Positions 14,016 to 28,570 of a stretch of 64,000 nucleotides of DNA are shown here, piece after piece. The notes below the pieces were generated by a model, which worked only from the letters and a program-made list of their open reading frames with translations, ran no database searches and had not been told where the DNA came from. The stretch covers positions 1,275,693 through 1,339,692 of the forward strand of contig NW_002060953.1 of the NCBI RefSeq assembly GCF_000150275.1, read 5' to 3'. The translations under genes and the position numbers were made by a program. Source of the stretch: Trichoplax adhaerens (lineage: Eukaryota > Animalia > Placozoa). Position 1 is the stretch's first letter. Each line of letters starts with the position of its first letter.

Positions 14016-16472
14016 GTGGTAAAATCCTTTAATCTTAGTTTTATGCTTATTTTAGGCTGCTCTACAATATCAAAGTTATACCGTTTAACAGAGCTTAGAG
14101 TTTACTAGGCGAGGTCTGGTTCGTTACTAGTGAGCATCCAAAGTCTAGTTATATGCAAAATGTCCTATATTGTACTTGACTTTTGTTGAAATCCTATAAG
14201 TGCTAAATAGGGTAATCCGCCAGCTTAACTTATATCATAGCGGTTATTTGTGAATTATAGCGAACAGCAGGAGTACCGGTGCTAATAATTCTCCCTATTA
14301 TAACGACCAACCAATATCGCAATTGTTAACAGTTATACAATCTCAGCTTGTTATAAAATAAATGACGAATTCTAAACTCATTTTAGCTCTAAGTAAGGGA
14401 CTATCGAATATAATTGTTTGCTAATAAATAGAATAAGAATATTTAGATTCAAAATTTTCAATGCGTTGTTACGGAGCTCAGCTCCTCCTTGTCATACATA
14501 TACTGTATTAGCCTAAAAGCTATCTCCTACTCTTAATGCTCCTAGCATTACACAATTTATCGTCGTTGCTTATTTTTCCCTAAGTCTAGAATTTTGAAAT
14601 TTACTTGATATTTTTATAGTATATTGTCCAGTTAGTGGTTTATGTTTACAAATTGATAAAAAAATTTCTTTTAAATTCTAGACATAAATTTTAAATAACA
14701 ATTCGTCAACTTCACAGAACAGATGTAATTCATACGATAACTTTCTAAAGAAACATGTTTATTGCTGAGCTGAAGAAAATAGCCTTTATAAATTCATTAA
14801 AATAGTGCAGTTGCAGTAATATGCAGATTCATATTTTGAAGTTAATTCCTTATCCATCTAACAAAGTAAATTTTACATTTATCATTGAACTTTAATACAA
14901 AATATCAATTATTATGATATCTTAATATGCGATATCTATTATCACTTCAATTTAATGCTAAATATATTATTTCCTCGTCAAAATAACTTTGATATTGTGA
15001 CATATTAAAAGACGAAATCAGTCAATTCTAGAATGGAGTGCTGACCTACAGCGCTGCACTTTTCAGTTACAATTGTGAAGATATTTAAAATGTAAAGCAT
15101 TTACAGTATAGGAATTAGGGTTTGATTGTCTGTAACAGTTCGAAATTTTTAAGTAGAAAATAAAACGATAAGTAAAAATTATAATTGTGGACATCTAATA
15201 ACCAGCTCTTTGTCTTCGATATCTAGTTACTATATACTACTTCAAACAAAGTACAACACTTCTTACGCTTTCACACTTCGAATATGTAGTTGATACTAGT
15301 CCAAACTCTCGTCGCTTTGCTGACGGTTTACGATAATGTACCCATTTGTTAATAATTAACAGATAGTATTACCGTTCGACGTTATAAACATATATCCCGG
15401 TAATAGCTGGGTACTACTATATTTAAAACAGATTGGTTTAATGTACGTACTGACCGTGTATTTCCACGTTGTTCACTTCGCTTTCGCCTATCAGATCGCT
15501 GACTAACGGACATTATACTCTTAGAAATACTTTTTGTTATATGATATATAGTAATCAAAAATAACCGGGACAGGGGAACTACAGTAGAGTCACACTATAA
15601 AATGCATGAGAGCAATAGAACCTATAGTATCTACTAATGTGTATCAATCACTTATACCTTCTCAATAATATTTACATAAACCCTAGAGATCATTCATTTC
15701 TATTCCAACTCAAATTTCCTTCAGTAACTTTCGTATTAGTATGTTTACCGAATAAGGTAGTTACTATATACAGTATTAATGCTATGTTAAGGTTGGTAAG
15801 CGAAACTGTCAGATATACGTTTATGCTCAAGTTGTTAATAGAATTAATAGATAGTATTATCATTCGATATTATATATATCCCGGTAATAGTAATGTACCA
15901 TGCTATATTAAGATTAATTAATAATCCAAAGCGCATTATGATAACTAATATACGGTGATGGACATACCAAGTTAAGATTAGCAGGTACTATAAGATATCT
16001 ACAATGCGGTACAATGTCCTTAGTACTGTGACCAATTCTATACCAATCATGATAATGTGTCTAAGGATCGCTTGCAGATGCAAGCAAAGCTTGCTTTGTC
16101 GATAACAACCGTTATAAGAAAATGTAACTATCAAAATGTCTGTGTAGAAAACACTATAAAAATTCTATGTTTATTCAATTTTCATCAGAGCATTACATCA
16201 AATCAAAATTGAAAGGCCCAGTGGCCACCCTTAGCAATACAACGAATACTATTTCAAAAATTAGTACTCTGTAGAAATGACTACCTTAGAGCAATTCGTT
16301 TTACATGAAGAAATCTTGAGGTAAAAAGTACTGTAAGAATCTTATACTGACCTATTGAAATGAACCCATAATCAGAGTCATCTAACTGTAGTATAAATAT
16401 CCCCGCGCTGCTATAATACGGTATATGTGTTACTATGACTTATAACAAAATCATAAGAATGATATTACTTCT

Positions 16473-17318
16473 TGTAATGTAGCTAGTATTGTGATTGTAG
16501 ACTGTTAGCCTTGTTTAGTATAAAATACGGTAGATATTTATCCTAAGAGATATTTGGTAGCTATAACTATAGACTGTAGTGATATAGACTCTATGCTAGA
16601 GTACAGATGACTATATACAGTAAGCCGTTGAGTTACTAATAAGGCTGCTGTATATATAGTTAGTAATAGATTAAATACGATATCTTAACCATAAAGGCAT
16701 AAATAAAGGAAACACTATATATGTACGTATATGATGATTGTATGGTAGTACTTGTAATACAGTAGGTGATAAAATTGTAAAAGGCGGACTGATAAGTTAC
16801 TAATTGTAGTGCGAAGTATGAACTGGAATCGTATCGAGGTGTAACCTCGTGTAGCTATAAATACCGATCATCTAAGAATAAAATGGAGTTATCAATCTTA
16901 CTCACGGAGTGAACTTATTATTGAAGAACATAACAAAGGCTATCGGTAAAAATAGAACTGTAAGTCATATATTAGGATATGATTAATTCATTGTACTTTG
17001 GCTGGTGTGAATAATGCCTACGTAATTACTGTAATCGTATCCATATTGGATTAATGATGGTCCGCAGTAGAATAGTCTTTCTAAGAATAATTTAACTATG
17101 TGTAATATAAGGTAAAAGGTTGCCATGCGGATTGTAGCTGCGAATGCAATGGAATGTATCAAAGCATGCAACTTTAGATTATTCTGTTAGTTCGTTGTAG
17201 AAGTCTTTAGTAGTAGTATTCGACTAGAGTAGAGCTGTGTGTAGTAAATCTTTGTATAAGATTCAATAAAGCCCTTATTTTTCTAAAATTTGGCATCTCG
17301 TGATTGGTATATATCTCA
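16473..17318 (+). mobile_element. Solo LTR-like element, family B, carrying a nested insertion
   Basis: Closely matches 28571-29122 except for a 290-bp insert; exact TSD CTTCT. Confidence 0.88.
16646..16935 (+). mobile_element. Nested short solo LTR-like element, 290 bp
   Basis: TGCTGT...ACATAACA with exact TSD AAGGC; absent from the sister copy at about 28745; TATAAATA followed by AATAAA. Confidence 0.85.
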
Positions 17319-20300
17319 CTTCTTCTTATGCAACGGTAAAAGCTTGTTGACTACAATATGCCCAATGAATCAACTTCTATTAAGTTACTGATTATTGTTG
17401 ACGGTTACATTTATTATAGACCGAAATTTTAAAATTCTTCTTTATGCTCTTCTAAATAAGTTAGCTGATGCTTCAAAACTATATTTACATACTCAATGGT
17501 ATAAAGTAACTGAAACATTCCCTAAATACTGTCCAAGTGCAATTGTCCACAGTTGTTAAAGCTAACTATATCTTTATGGGCATCCTGAGTAAGAATGGTG
17601 CAGTAATTGATGACCACTACATCATTCGATATAGATAAAGTCGTAGGTATTTTACGAGATTAATAGAGATTACATACTCCTATTCTGCGCTATATTGTTG
17701 AATGTATTAGCTTTTTAATGTGCGTTATATATAGCTGTTGCAAAGGTTATCTCTGAAAAGAAACACGGTTCGAGTATTCTTAAAAGCAAAAGTCAGTGTA
17801 TTATCTGAGACTTCTAAAATTTTCTATATGATGGAAAAGCTTTTACTTAAATATCGAATAAATAAGTTGACGGTTTATAAAACAAATTTTTAATTTAAAG
17901 TATGTTTATTGCATCTTAATTTTGTATGAATTAGTTTTTTATGAATTTTAAAGTACGTCTCTGAAAATACAGTAGGGTAGCTCTTAATCACCACAAATAT
18001 TAAGGTAAAATTCATGTGATTAATGGTGAAAGTCTTTAGTATTTAATTAGAAAACAATAGCATAAGAAGAAAATTTTTGCCCAATAAAAGTCAGCTATTC
18101 CTTTACTTAACATCCGTGCCGTTTGATTAATATATATATATTTTATGTAATTGATGAGTCATAATTGTTGTTACCTAACATACTGATTTAATTAAGGAAT
18201 AACCTTTAGCCATGTAAATATTTAAGAGTAGTATATGAGCAAGTTTTTTGACATGTTCCAAAATTGTAATATGGAGGCATCTATTTAATGAACTTCATGT
18301 AATCATATATGAAATCAAATAAAGCATAGGCTTGATTTTGTCTAGACAAACACAACTTTGATTTGAACGAATAAATAAAACACCCTCTACTTTTGTTGAG
18401 AAACGTATCGATTAACACATATCGCAACAACTATTAACTAATATAATGTTAGAAATGCTCGATGGAAAAAATTTCATTGAAAATGAAATCTGCCAAGTGT
18501 ACCATAAGGATTAACATGAGTAGTAATGGTTTTCTTTATTTTCTCTATGTCTATAAAGAAATCAATATTATGTTAGTACGGCTATTTCAATACATCCGAA
18601 TTTAAGTAATAGCGCTAATAAAGAGATTTTTATTGCTGCAGAATGATACTTAAGTTGAAATCAAACACCTCACTGAATATCTAAGATATTTTTAACTATC
18701 GAGAACGATAATTATAAGTCCTGACGTGGAATCTATCTTTTGTGAAGCTAGTCGTTAAAGATTTATTTTTACCTTTCATAACATTAAAATAATTATACTA
18801 TTGAAATATATGATCACAGATAGAATCTATCCTAGATGCCAAGTTATTGCATTTAGCTGTGTCAGTTTTCTTATGCATCTGACAATTAATGAATTAATAG
18901 AGGCTAACTGATTTCTTGCTTGTCTGAAATTAAAGAGTGAGAACTTTATATCAATATTATGATAATGCTAGTTAAGCAATCTTAAATGTTTGAAGCAGGC
19001 ATTCTTCATCTATTGTATTGTCAATGATGCATAAGTGAAAAGTTTCTAAACTATGCTCCTGAGATTATGCAAGAGATAAATCTGAAATTATTCGATACTT
19101 TTGAGCTATAACTATGTAGCTGCTGATTATAAATCCGGCTCATTCAACAGCGATGTAATAAATTTATTTTACTTCCAACTTAAGGTTGAAACATAAGCTG
19201 TATCAGTAACTTTAACGAAGATATAAATATTTATTTTCCTTTAGCCTTAATACTTTAAAATTTTAACAAAGAGCTGTTCATAATTATATCTTATTTACCT
19301 ATTCTATTATAGATGCGCGTATATGAGCTATAGATTTGTTATAGGCGCTTTATTTTCAGCTTTTTCGCTTTTTTACTATTCTTTACAATCTTTTTCGAGG
19401 TAATGGCAATGCTATTCAAAAGTATTCCGGGAAGTCAGCTTCCTCTGACCGAATAAACCTGCTCTTTCTCATTAAAAACTTTGAATGAATTTTACGTACT
19501 TATTGTACAATCTCTATTTTAATGACTGCTGAGTATTACTTGGTCTTTCAGTAATGTATTAATCATTAATTAAAAAAATATAACATTATTTTTACTTTTT
19601 AAATCGATGTTTGTTACTTCTGGCTTTAATTTTAGAATCGACCGATGCGTGGTAAATTTTAGGTCTTATAAATCTATTTTTTGTTGTGAAATAATTGCTT
19701 TTTGTTAAAATTATTTTGGTTTTATTACCATGATTAAATTTCTAGGTAATCCGAAAATTACAGTACTTCTTAAAATTGTAGTTTAGCTCTTATCAAAAGT
19801 AGAGTATACTGTAATCAATGCTATAATGCTATTTTAGGATTAATTCGCTATACGCTAGAACTTTCCTTCTTTAACTACTATTTATGTACTCATTATTGTA
19901 TAATTGGCGAAGAAAATGAAGCAATTTAAGATAGTTTTTGACTCTTTCAAGTATATACATTAAAGTAGTTTTAGAATGGATGTATAATTTAAAATAAAAT
20001 ATTTTAACACAGTCTTATTTTAGCAATAAATAATCTCAAATAAATCAAATAGCAACGGAATTATTTCCGGCAATTAATCTGTCTCATTATTTGCTTACGT
20101 AGCAAAATTAGGAACAGAGATATTTTTAATAATTCCACTTATAGGTCGAGTTTATAACATCATAATCCTTACATATGTTGCATAGCTTATTTAAGTAAAA
20201 TCTTATTTTACTTAGTGCTTCATTTATACAGCTTTCCCAAACGAAAACTTATACCGATGCAATTTTGATCAAATTATTAAATTGCTCGTATTGATGGTCT

Positions 20301-22893
20301 ATAATAATAGTTTATAAGTAAAATATTCTAGGGAAGTATTCTACTTACGTTATGAAATTTGCAAGGTACGGTTTTCTTATCGAAAATATCTTTTATTACA
20401 AAGTCATTGACGGCCAGTATTTATTCATTCCAGCTAGGCTATAAATTTTTTCTTTTGCGGATAAGTTTTACTTATACTCCATCCTATGCAGGCCCAATAA
20501 TTAATTGTAAACTAGTTGAACGATTCATGCATATAAAGAACTAAAACTAAATTGGTAAACAGTTTTGATTAAACTTTTAATGGCACTATTGAAATTAATC
20601 ATTGAACGATAACGTAGCTTCTAGAAGGTTTGAAATTTAAGTAGCTGGATAATTATAAATTATTCTTTTATATAGTAAAAAGTTATTTTTGATTTCTAGC
20701 TAGTATAGACGGAAAAGAAAAATAAATGGCGGATGGGAAATGATGATGATTATATAGTTGAGGCATATTCACTTCTAATCATAAAGTTTCCAAAATATCA
20801 ATCATCATATCTTTAATGTTTATTAATCCCTTAATGTTGTAGTTCAGCAATGGGTATTCATCAAAACAATACTTCTATTCTTTATTAAAAGCAAGCAATA
20901 GAATTAAATATGAGATTGTCATATAGAGAAACATAAAAGATTGATCATCAATGGGAATACTTGATAAATTTTCATTATTGGCCCATTTTTGATTACGTTT
21001 ACGTTATTAAAGCAAACAGTAGAAACAAGGTATACACCTAATTTCTCATTATTTATTTTAGCTATAGTTTGATCAGAAACTAATAATCTCAGGCCTTGAT
21101 ATCTTATGATACTATCAATTGCCTTCCGTAATCTCTATTTTAATATGTGTCAGCTAATTCAAATTATCCATGCATGCTACTCAAACAGGAATAAGACATG
21201 ACTATTATTAACTGCTGCCTTTATAATCGAACCTTTTGATTTAGTTGCCTTGTATGTCGAAAATTTCTATTATACATTACTACTAGCAGTTAATATTCTC
21301 CAAATCTTTGTAATTTTACAGGACTTATAAATCGTAAGCCTTAAGAGTTAGGCTAAGTTGAATAAAACACTCCTCAATTGAATTAAGCCAAGATATTCTC
21401 CCGATACAAAGTGGAAGGAAATATATTATGTAACATAGCCTTACAAGATTGCCGTATCATCGAGATTTATCTTACGAGTGCCGCTTATAAAGTAATAAAA
21501 TCTATAACGAGAATTAAAGCCTTAAAATAAAATATTACAGCTAAGGGTTTCACAATTATTGAGATAAAGGCTATACTGAAGGCCTTAGAACATTGAAATC
21601 CTAGCTAATAACGGATAAACAATTAAAATATACTGCTAATAAATGGGTTACTGTAGGTTCCAGGATTTCAACGACATTATGGTGCATTTACTAATAATGA
21701 ACAATGCCAATTTTAACGCAGATTAAAGATTTTCTATGACTCAATATAACTTAAAATTGTCAAGAAAAATATAACAATGTCATACTGTCGGCAAGAAAGT
21801 TTTAAATTAATTACATGCAATTTGATTAATAACATCTGTGGTATTGAAAGATAAATAAATATAACAGCAAATATTAACGATAAGAACTGATAAAAATAAA
21901 GTAATCAGGATGAATGTAACGGCATGTTCAAGATATGATTGGCTCTACGAAGAATTTTAAGGCGAAACATTTAACAAATGTGAATATATTTGAATAATAA
22001 GTTACTGTATTATTAAATGTTAAGAACGTTAAATTTGAATATAGTCCTGCTATTAGAAATTTTTACAGTGACTTTTAATCATTTAGGCAGACTCGGTCTT
22101 CATTTTTTTAAGTTATACTATGCCCGAAATTCTTACTGTATGAAAATAAACTGCATTATAAGTTTCTTGCCGAAAGGATTGAAAGCAGATTTCTAAAGTC
22201 AATAAAATTTTTAATTTCAGCAACTCATATTTCATTAAATATAAATACAATAGCACTTATTGATCAAAGCAAAGTCATATGCTTGGTAACAAGAATTGTC
22301 TTACCTACATGTAGGCATTCTTGATTAGTTGTAATTATTATTAATTCCATCACCTTTTACATTATTCACGCATTTAATTAAACTTTATAATTAATAATCA
22401 TATTGTGTAATCTTTTGCCGAGGTATATGTACGTGTTTGTCTTATTATAAAGTAGTAGAGAGGCGAAAAGCTTTCACTTTTCGCATTCTAATATTAGTGA
22501 ATGCACCAACTAATTTACGAAGTGATAAGTTTTCGTATTTCTGAATTACCACGATGTCATATTTTTAAATCGCTATTTGCCATATCTTCCAACTTACAAA
22601 ATTTACGCCTGGATAATTATAAAACGTTTGTATTTACAGAAATTGAATAGAGCTAATTTTGCATTTAGTAACTTAAACCTTTACTTCGAGTACTGGCGTT
22701 TCCATTCAAGTAGAACTGAAAGAAGCTAAAAATCTTAAGCCATATTGTAATAACGTAACTTATGATTTTAAAAAACGAATTCGGCAACAAAGGTCTATAT
22801 CTGCAAATAGATGCTGGCAAGATTCATCTTCCTGTAAATCAATAATTATAATTTTCCAAGACGGATTGAAGTTCTTTAATTAAAATTTTCAAC

Positions 22894-23946
22894 ATGCATA
22901 TTAATAACGTAAGTAATTTAACTAATGCATCCAGCTTTAGACCAACATTATTACTTTATCCACCTGATAGCAGAGAGCTATGGTTTATCATCGGTATTCT
23001 GTCAATTATTACCAATTCGATGTTGCTCTTTGGTATAAGTAAAGCAAAAATATTTCGAAATTTAACCACTATTATCATCGGTAGTTCATTTGTTATTGGT
23101 ATTCTCTTTGGCGGAATCTATGTTTTACCACGATTTGCAATAGTTGGCTATCGAAAATGGGGATTAATTTGTTCATTGTTGCCAGTGCTTGGATCATCAT
23201 TTTTACTTAATTACAATTTACATCAGTGTTTAATATGTTTTGATCGTTTAATCGCTGTCAACTGGCCAGTACTTTATAAAACTACTTTAAGTCAACATCA
23301 TTATCTTATCGCCATTGGAATGATTTGGACCTCTTCCTTGTTGGTTGCTATAGTACCTGTCTTGACATTTCGCCCATTGCAAATAAGTGATTGCATTCTA
23401 TACTCTAGCGATACTACCGCAGAAGAAATTTTTTTATATTTACTATTTTTCGGGTGTATCTTCTTTCCAATTACTGTCATTGTGACATTTTACGCCTACA
23501 TATTTTATGTAATATATATGCGAAAGCGCAAAATCAATCAAACAAATGCTTCAATCTCTCCTGCGCAGTACAGCATCATAAGAAGAAAAACAATGTATGC
23601 ATCAATACAAATGGCTACTTTAACATTAGTATTTTTATGTATGATGTTGCCTTATCTATTACTATTCTTAATAGTAAGACTGCATTCAGTAAAATTGATG
23701 TCATTGCCATTGTACTATTTCGCGCAGTTTAGCCGTTACATTGCTTTTGCTTACCCAGCTATTAATCCATTACTATATGCTTATTTCGTCGAAAGTATTC
23801 GTGATGCTCTCTTTTATAGATTAAAATCTTGGATTTATGGTCATGAAGAAACTAGAAGTCCTCCTAAGAATCGATATGAAAGAGCTTCATCGATGAATTT
23901 ACAACGATTAAGTTTACGCTTAGTTCAATCGCCAATTCATCAATAA
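22894..23946 (+). CDS. Class A orphan GPCR 2, 350 aa
   Basis: 7TM pattern; TM2 GILFGGIYVLP, TM3 LLNYNLHQCLICFDRL, TM7 RYIAFAYPAINPLLYAYF; clear paralog of GPCRs 3-6. Confidence 0.95.
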   Translation: MHINNVSNLTNASSFRPTLLLYPPDSRELWFIIGILSIITNSMLLFGISKAKIFRNLTTIIIGSSFVIGILFGGIYVLPRFAIVGYRKWGLICSLLPVLGSSFLLNYNLHQCLICFDRLIAVNWPVLYKTTLSQHHYLIAIGMIWTSSLLVAIVPVLTFRPLQISDCILYSSDTTAEEIFLYLLFFGCIFFPITVIVTFYAYIFYVIYMRKRKINQTNASISPAQYSIIRRKTMYASIQMATLTLVFLCMMLPYLLLFLIVRLHSVKLMSLPLYYFAQFSRYIAFAYPAINPLLYAYFVESIRDALFYRLKSWIYGHEETRSPPKNRYERASSMNLQRLSLRLVQSPIHQ

Positions 23947-26372
23947 CAAATTTGATTGTCATACTTTACAGAATATAACTATTAGCTAAATGAAGTATAG
24001 TTTATAAGTTCATGAAAAATTTATTGATCATTTTAAGAAGTGAATATGCATATATGTAATATACGAAAACTTTTTCGTCTGCTATAAATAAGACTAGCTT
24101 TATTTTATTGACGATTATACTCAAAAGAGACGGTAAATTCTCTTTTCCAAACTCTAAGAATGCATTAAATGATACTAAATTTGTAGTAGTAAATTTGTAC
24201 TACTTTAAAAAAAAAGGATGCAATTAACCTATTTTAGTCAATTCTTTGCTCGTCTCTTCTACAGATGAAAAAGATGGAAGAAATTGTGTGAACCGTTAAT
24301 GTGCATTTTTTAACGATGAAACTTTGTAGACTAACTTAGGGCTCTAATTAATTGTAAATAATGCATTAGATACATTTGCTATCGGTCGAAGTCGTATCAT
24401 CTTTATCTTTCTCTGTTAATTACAATTGAATGTTGACAAATAATTTAGAGGTGTAGACAGTATATTTTAAATCTTTATCTAAATAAGTTGTTTTTGTTTA
24501 CGAATTTATTGTTGGTATTAATGTTAGCTAATTTTAATACTGCATGAGTTAAGTTTTATAAAATGCATCAAATAGCTAGCAAGAACTACTACCACATATT
24601 TCAGTAGACATGAGTTACATCAGTAGTTTCATGGAGAAACAGCCCCGGCTAGCTTTTTCATTTGACTTTACCCCATTCTTTACAGTATATAAATGATCTA
24701 CAATAGTATAGAATATAAGATGTCTATTTATTTAGTAAAATCAGATACTTAAAATTTATTACACCTTGTTTATTCATTTAGAATTAATAGTAATAAAATC
24801 GAACATATTAATGTAAATTTATATACCTTAGATTACTTAATACTTAATACTTAATGCTCATCATTCCAAGTCTTCTTGTATTTTACAAGTCACAACTACT
24901 TTTATTAATTGATTTTTGAATGAATATAAATGCTGTAGCTATGGCAATATTTTAAATAATAAATTCTACTATTAGCAAATATGTAATTCTGTAACGTTAG
25001 AACTATTGATTACGAGATTTCATCACTTGCTTTTTAATTATTCGTGCTAATGGAGATGCACCTAAATAGCGTTTATAGATTCTCCATTGTGAGTTTACAA
25101 AGATCAAACATCTTCATAGAGCGTCGTATAATAAAAGTAATTTTTGAATCAGCAAGCTCGAACAATAATAAAAATTTAATGTCATACTACAAAAAGAATG
25201 TGTAATAGCAAATTGTAGACTATACTTTATGTACCCTAAATTGGAAGGTATTTTACTTTAAGTATCAAGAGCTAGAAGGCGTTAATGTACAAACTTAGAA
25301 TTTTCATTTCGTGCATTGCATTAATCTGTTTCATAATCCATCAGCAATTTAGATTCCACATATAGAATTAAACTAGATTTGTAAGAATCATCAACTACTT
25401 CATGATGTTCATATTATTTAAAAACTCTCTCGTATTTCTTAACGCAAATAAATTTAATATCAGAGTTAGGGTTAGACTTTTTATCGCCTTTAGTTCGTTA
25501 ATATAATTTCTGATTCCAAACTTGCTCATTATTAAATATAAATTCTAAATAGCTGCTCGCCTTGGTAATTGAAATATTTGTAAGCAATGATTGAGTTCAA
25601 TTTTCCTATCATAGATCTGCGATTTACATATTTTTAAAACCCATTCAAGTTCACCCAAATGGAATGCACAGACACGAGATTTGTTAGTATTGATATACCA
25701 GTAAATCATATTCACCTACACAGTAATTCCTTCAGTTTATTGTAAAATTGCTCAATGAGTAGTTTAAGCTTAAATGCAATATAATGTGCAGTATAATTTA
25801 TTCTCAACACTGACTACATAAGATGATATAAATGCTGCAGTAATGAAATCGAGCCAGATTATTATATATCATCATAGAAACACGATACATTTGCAGATGC
25901 TTTTACACTGTGGAAGTGAATTTAGTTTCACTATAGTTTTTAGATATGTTCGTAAATATAGACATTTTGTTTTGTTCTAAATATAGGTACCTCTACAGAC
26001 TATTTTATCTACGCTCAAATATAGAATGTCATGTTTAGTTATTTATATCACACACAGTCTTCGCTATTTCCTACAATCATTTAGTATTATATAGTCTGTT
26101 TATGGTATATGATGTATCTAATTCTACAATACTGTTCTCTGCATGTGTTCTCTCTCTAAATCTATAAATACTGATGATTTTTGCCTCGGATTTGATAAGT
26201 TGCTTTATTTGTAGTAGCGGTACTTTCTCACGTCACTTCACGACAGCTACCTCCATTACTATCAAGAATAAAGTATTTACCTTTATTAAAATCCCTTGCA
26301 TATTGTCTGTAAACGGTAACTAAGTCCGCAGCCGCTGATTCTTTGAACCCTCTATCATAACTGTAAAATAAG

Positions 26373-28195
26373 TGTGATGTTTCGGAGGGTTGAGAGTTCG
26401 GCATTAGTCGCAATAAAGTATGATAGAATAGTTAACGGAATAGTAATTTTTATAGAGCTTATGTAAGATTATCGTGCGAGTAACAATGTGACTAGTCGAA
26501 TAACTATAGTAGTGTAGAATAGGTAAAGCATGTAAGCTTACCATGTAACGACCAGAATTAACTAATGAGATAGGCGAAAGAAGATAGCTTTTATAGTGTT
26601 AAGAGCATAACAGCAGGAAGTTGCTTATAGACACGTGTAATGGAATGAAAAGTGTAGAGATCAAGTTACAAAACTTTAACAAACTTTGATTCTACTTTCG
26701 TTCCACTTCGATCGACTTAACGAAACTTTGACACCAAATAAAATTTGGGGAAATAACCGAACAACAATTTATAAAAAAAAATGGAGAGAAGTATAAACCG
26801 AAAAACCTTGCAAATACTTAATTTTAAGTATTAATAAAATAAGTGACAGACTTAAAAACTGTCAAAGAGCAAACAACCTTTCAAAAAGAACAACGTTTTA
26901 ACTTAAGACAATTCGACCCCGAAGGCCTTTTAAATTCAACAAGTTCTTCAAAAGAATCTTCTTCTACTCTCCCTCTAAATTTTCTAATTGCACTATCATT
27001 CATAGGTTTCGCAGAGCCGTTAGAGGTATTTAAAACTAAACATTTGCTAACCAATAGCTCTTAAGATCCATTTTAGAAAACTACTTTGCACCATTTAAGA
27101 AAACAAAATCATTCAAAGTTCAGATACAATTTACCCTATGATTCCCTTACAAAACACTATAAAACCAACAAGTTAATTATGAAATTACATCAAACTTCAC
27201 TTCTAACTTAATTTCTATCATTATTACACTATAAAAGTCTAAAAATCAACCTTTAAATATCAAGATTTAGTCATAAAAACAACAGTATAACTACTTAACA
27301 ATCTACACAACATCTGCCAATTTCCATCTTATTTTCTATTTTCCTGACTAAACTCTCCTATTGTGACTTTCAAGTCACGTCATAAAATTCCAAAGTTTTA
27401 TATTCATAACAAAAAGTCCAAATTTCAAAAATCAATTCTTACGATATTTTTCATGAACAAAAATCCAAAAATTAAAACAGGAAAATTATATCGGACATAA
27501 ATTCGACCGGTTCCTGAATTCGAATCCGAAAAATCCGGATTTTATAAAGATCACACTAATCGCTATATCGCATATCAAAAAAACTTTATATGGCAATCAC
27601 GACTACTTTTCTGACATTAGTATCGCTGAGTATTGACAGTTGATGTTTTAGCGTCAGATTGTACGGTAACTGTACGATTATAGACTACATTAGAGTGCTT
27701 TACCGTCATGTCATAAATCCCCTTTCTCTAAGGATAGGGTTTTGTTACTAAGCCAAACTCCTTTACAATTTGAATAGACGATCATATGCCCTTTCTTTAA
27801 ATTAGGCAATTGCTCTAGGGCTACTTGTATAGTAATCTATATGATACCTTGTAAAATAATGAAGAAGAAAAGACGGCGACATGATGATTTGGCAGGGTAA
27901 AACTTAAAGACACTATCACTTTCTAGGTATTTTCTATAGTAAAATAATACTAGGTTTATACCAAAAGTTACAAAGGATTCTACTTTTAGTCCTTTACTAC
28001 ACAGGGAGGATTTATAATAATATATTACTCCTATATAAAGTTAATGCTACGGTTTAATCTAGCTGGCGTCTAAGAGATTTCCATAACGTAAATTGTTAAA
28101 TATAAGTTAAGAAGATTTAGACTTACGTTACAGTCTAGTGGAAATTAACGTTTCATTCAAAATAGACAATACCGTATTTAGAAGTAAACACTACA
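26373..28195 (-). mobile_element. Solo LTR-like element, family D, split by the 1.36-kb element
   Basis: 26373-26636 and 28003-28195 join to match the reverse complement of 45189-45677; ends TGTGATG...CACTACA; flanks ATAAG/AGAAG. Confidence 0.8.
26637..28002. mobile_element. 1.36-kb non-autonomous element with asymmetric ends and subterminal hairpins, no TSD (copy 1)
   Basis: Same two ends (GTAATG...CTACAC) as the copy at 62566-63920; inserted inside the family D LTR-like element; flanks not duplicated. Confidence 0.85.
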
Positions 28196-28570
28196 AGAAG
28201 AGTGGCGGTTATTTCGAAAATCAAGGAATTCCTATCTCTTAATTTTAGCACTTTCTTGTCCGTCATTTTATTTAGAACTTGTGGGGATTAGGCTTTCAAA
28301 AGCCTTAATTAGACTTTAAAATATTGAGAAAACTAATCTTTCTGACATTATTGTGTAGCTATACTCGAGAATTCGATGAAATGTTTCTTTAGTGTCGATA
28401 TTTATTTGCAAATAAAGTATTTTAACTCGAAACATATAATAAGTTACCAGCTAAGAACTGAAACTTTACACTATTTTTTTAATATATTACGAATTTCAGT
28501 TACCATTATCGGCCATACTACAGAAAGAGAAAGGTAAGATATGGACTAAAGATTAACCATGCAATTTAGC

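Noticed and set aside
23454-23732. Alternative-frame and antisense ORFs overlapping GPCRs (23454, 41873, 41983, 60112, 60731, 61125)
   Set aside because: Short shadows of real coding sequence with no recognisable motifs.
24834-24860. (TACTTAA)3 and other short tandem or palindromic AT-rich motifs
   Set aside because: Expected by slippage or chance in AT-rich DNA.
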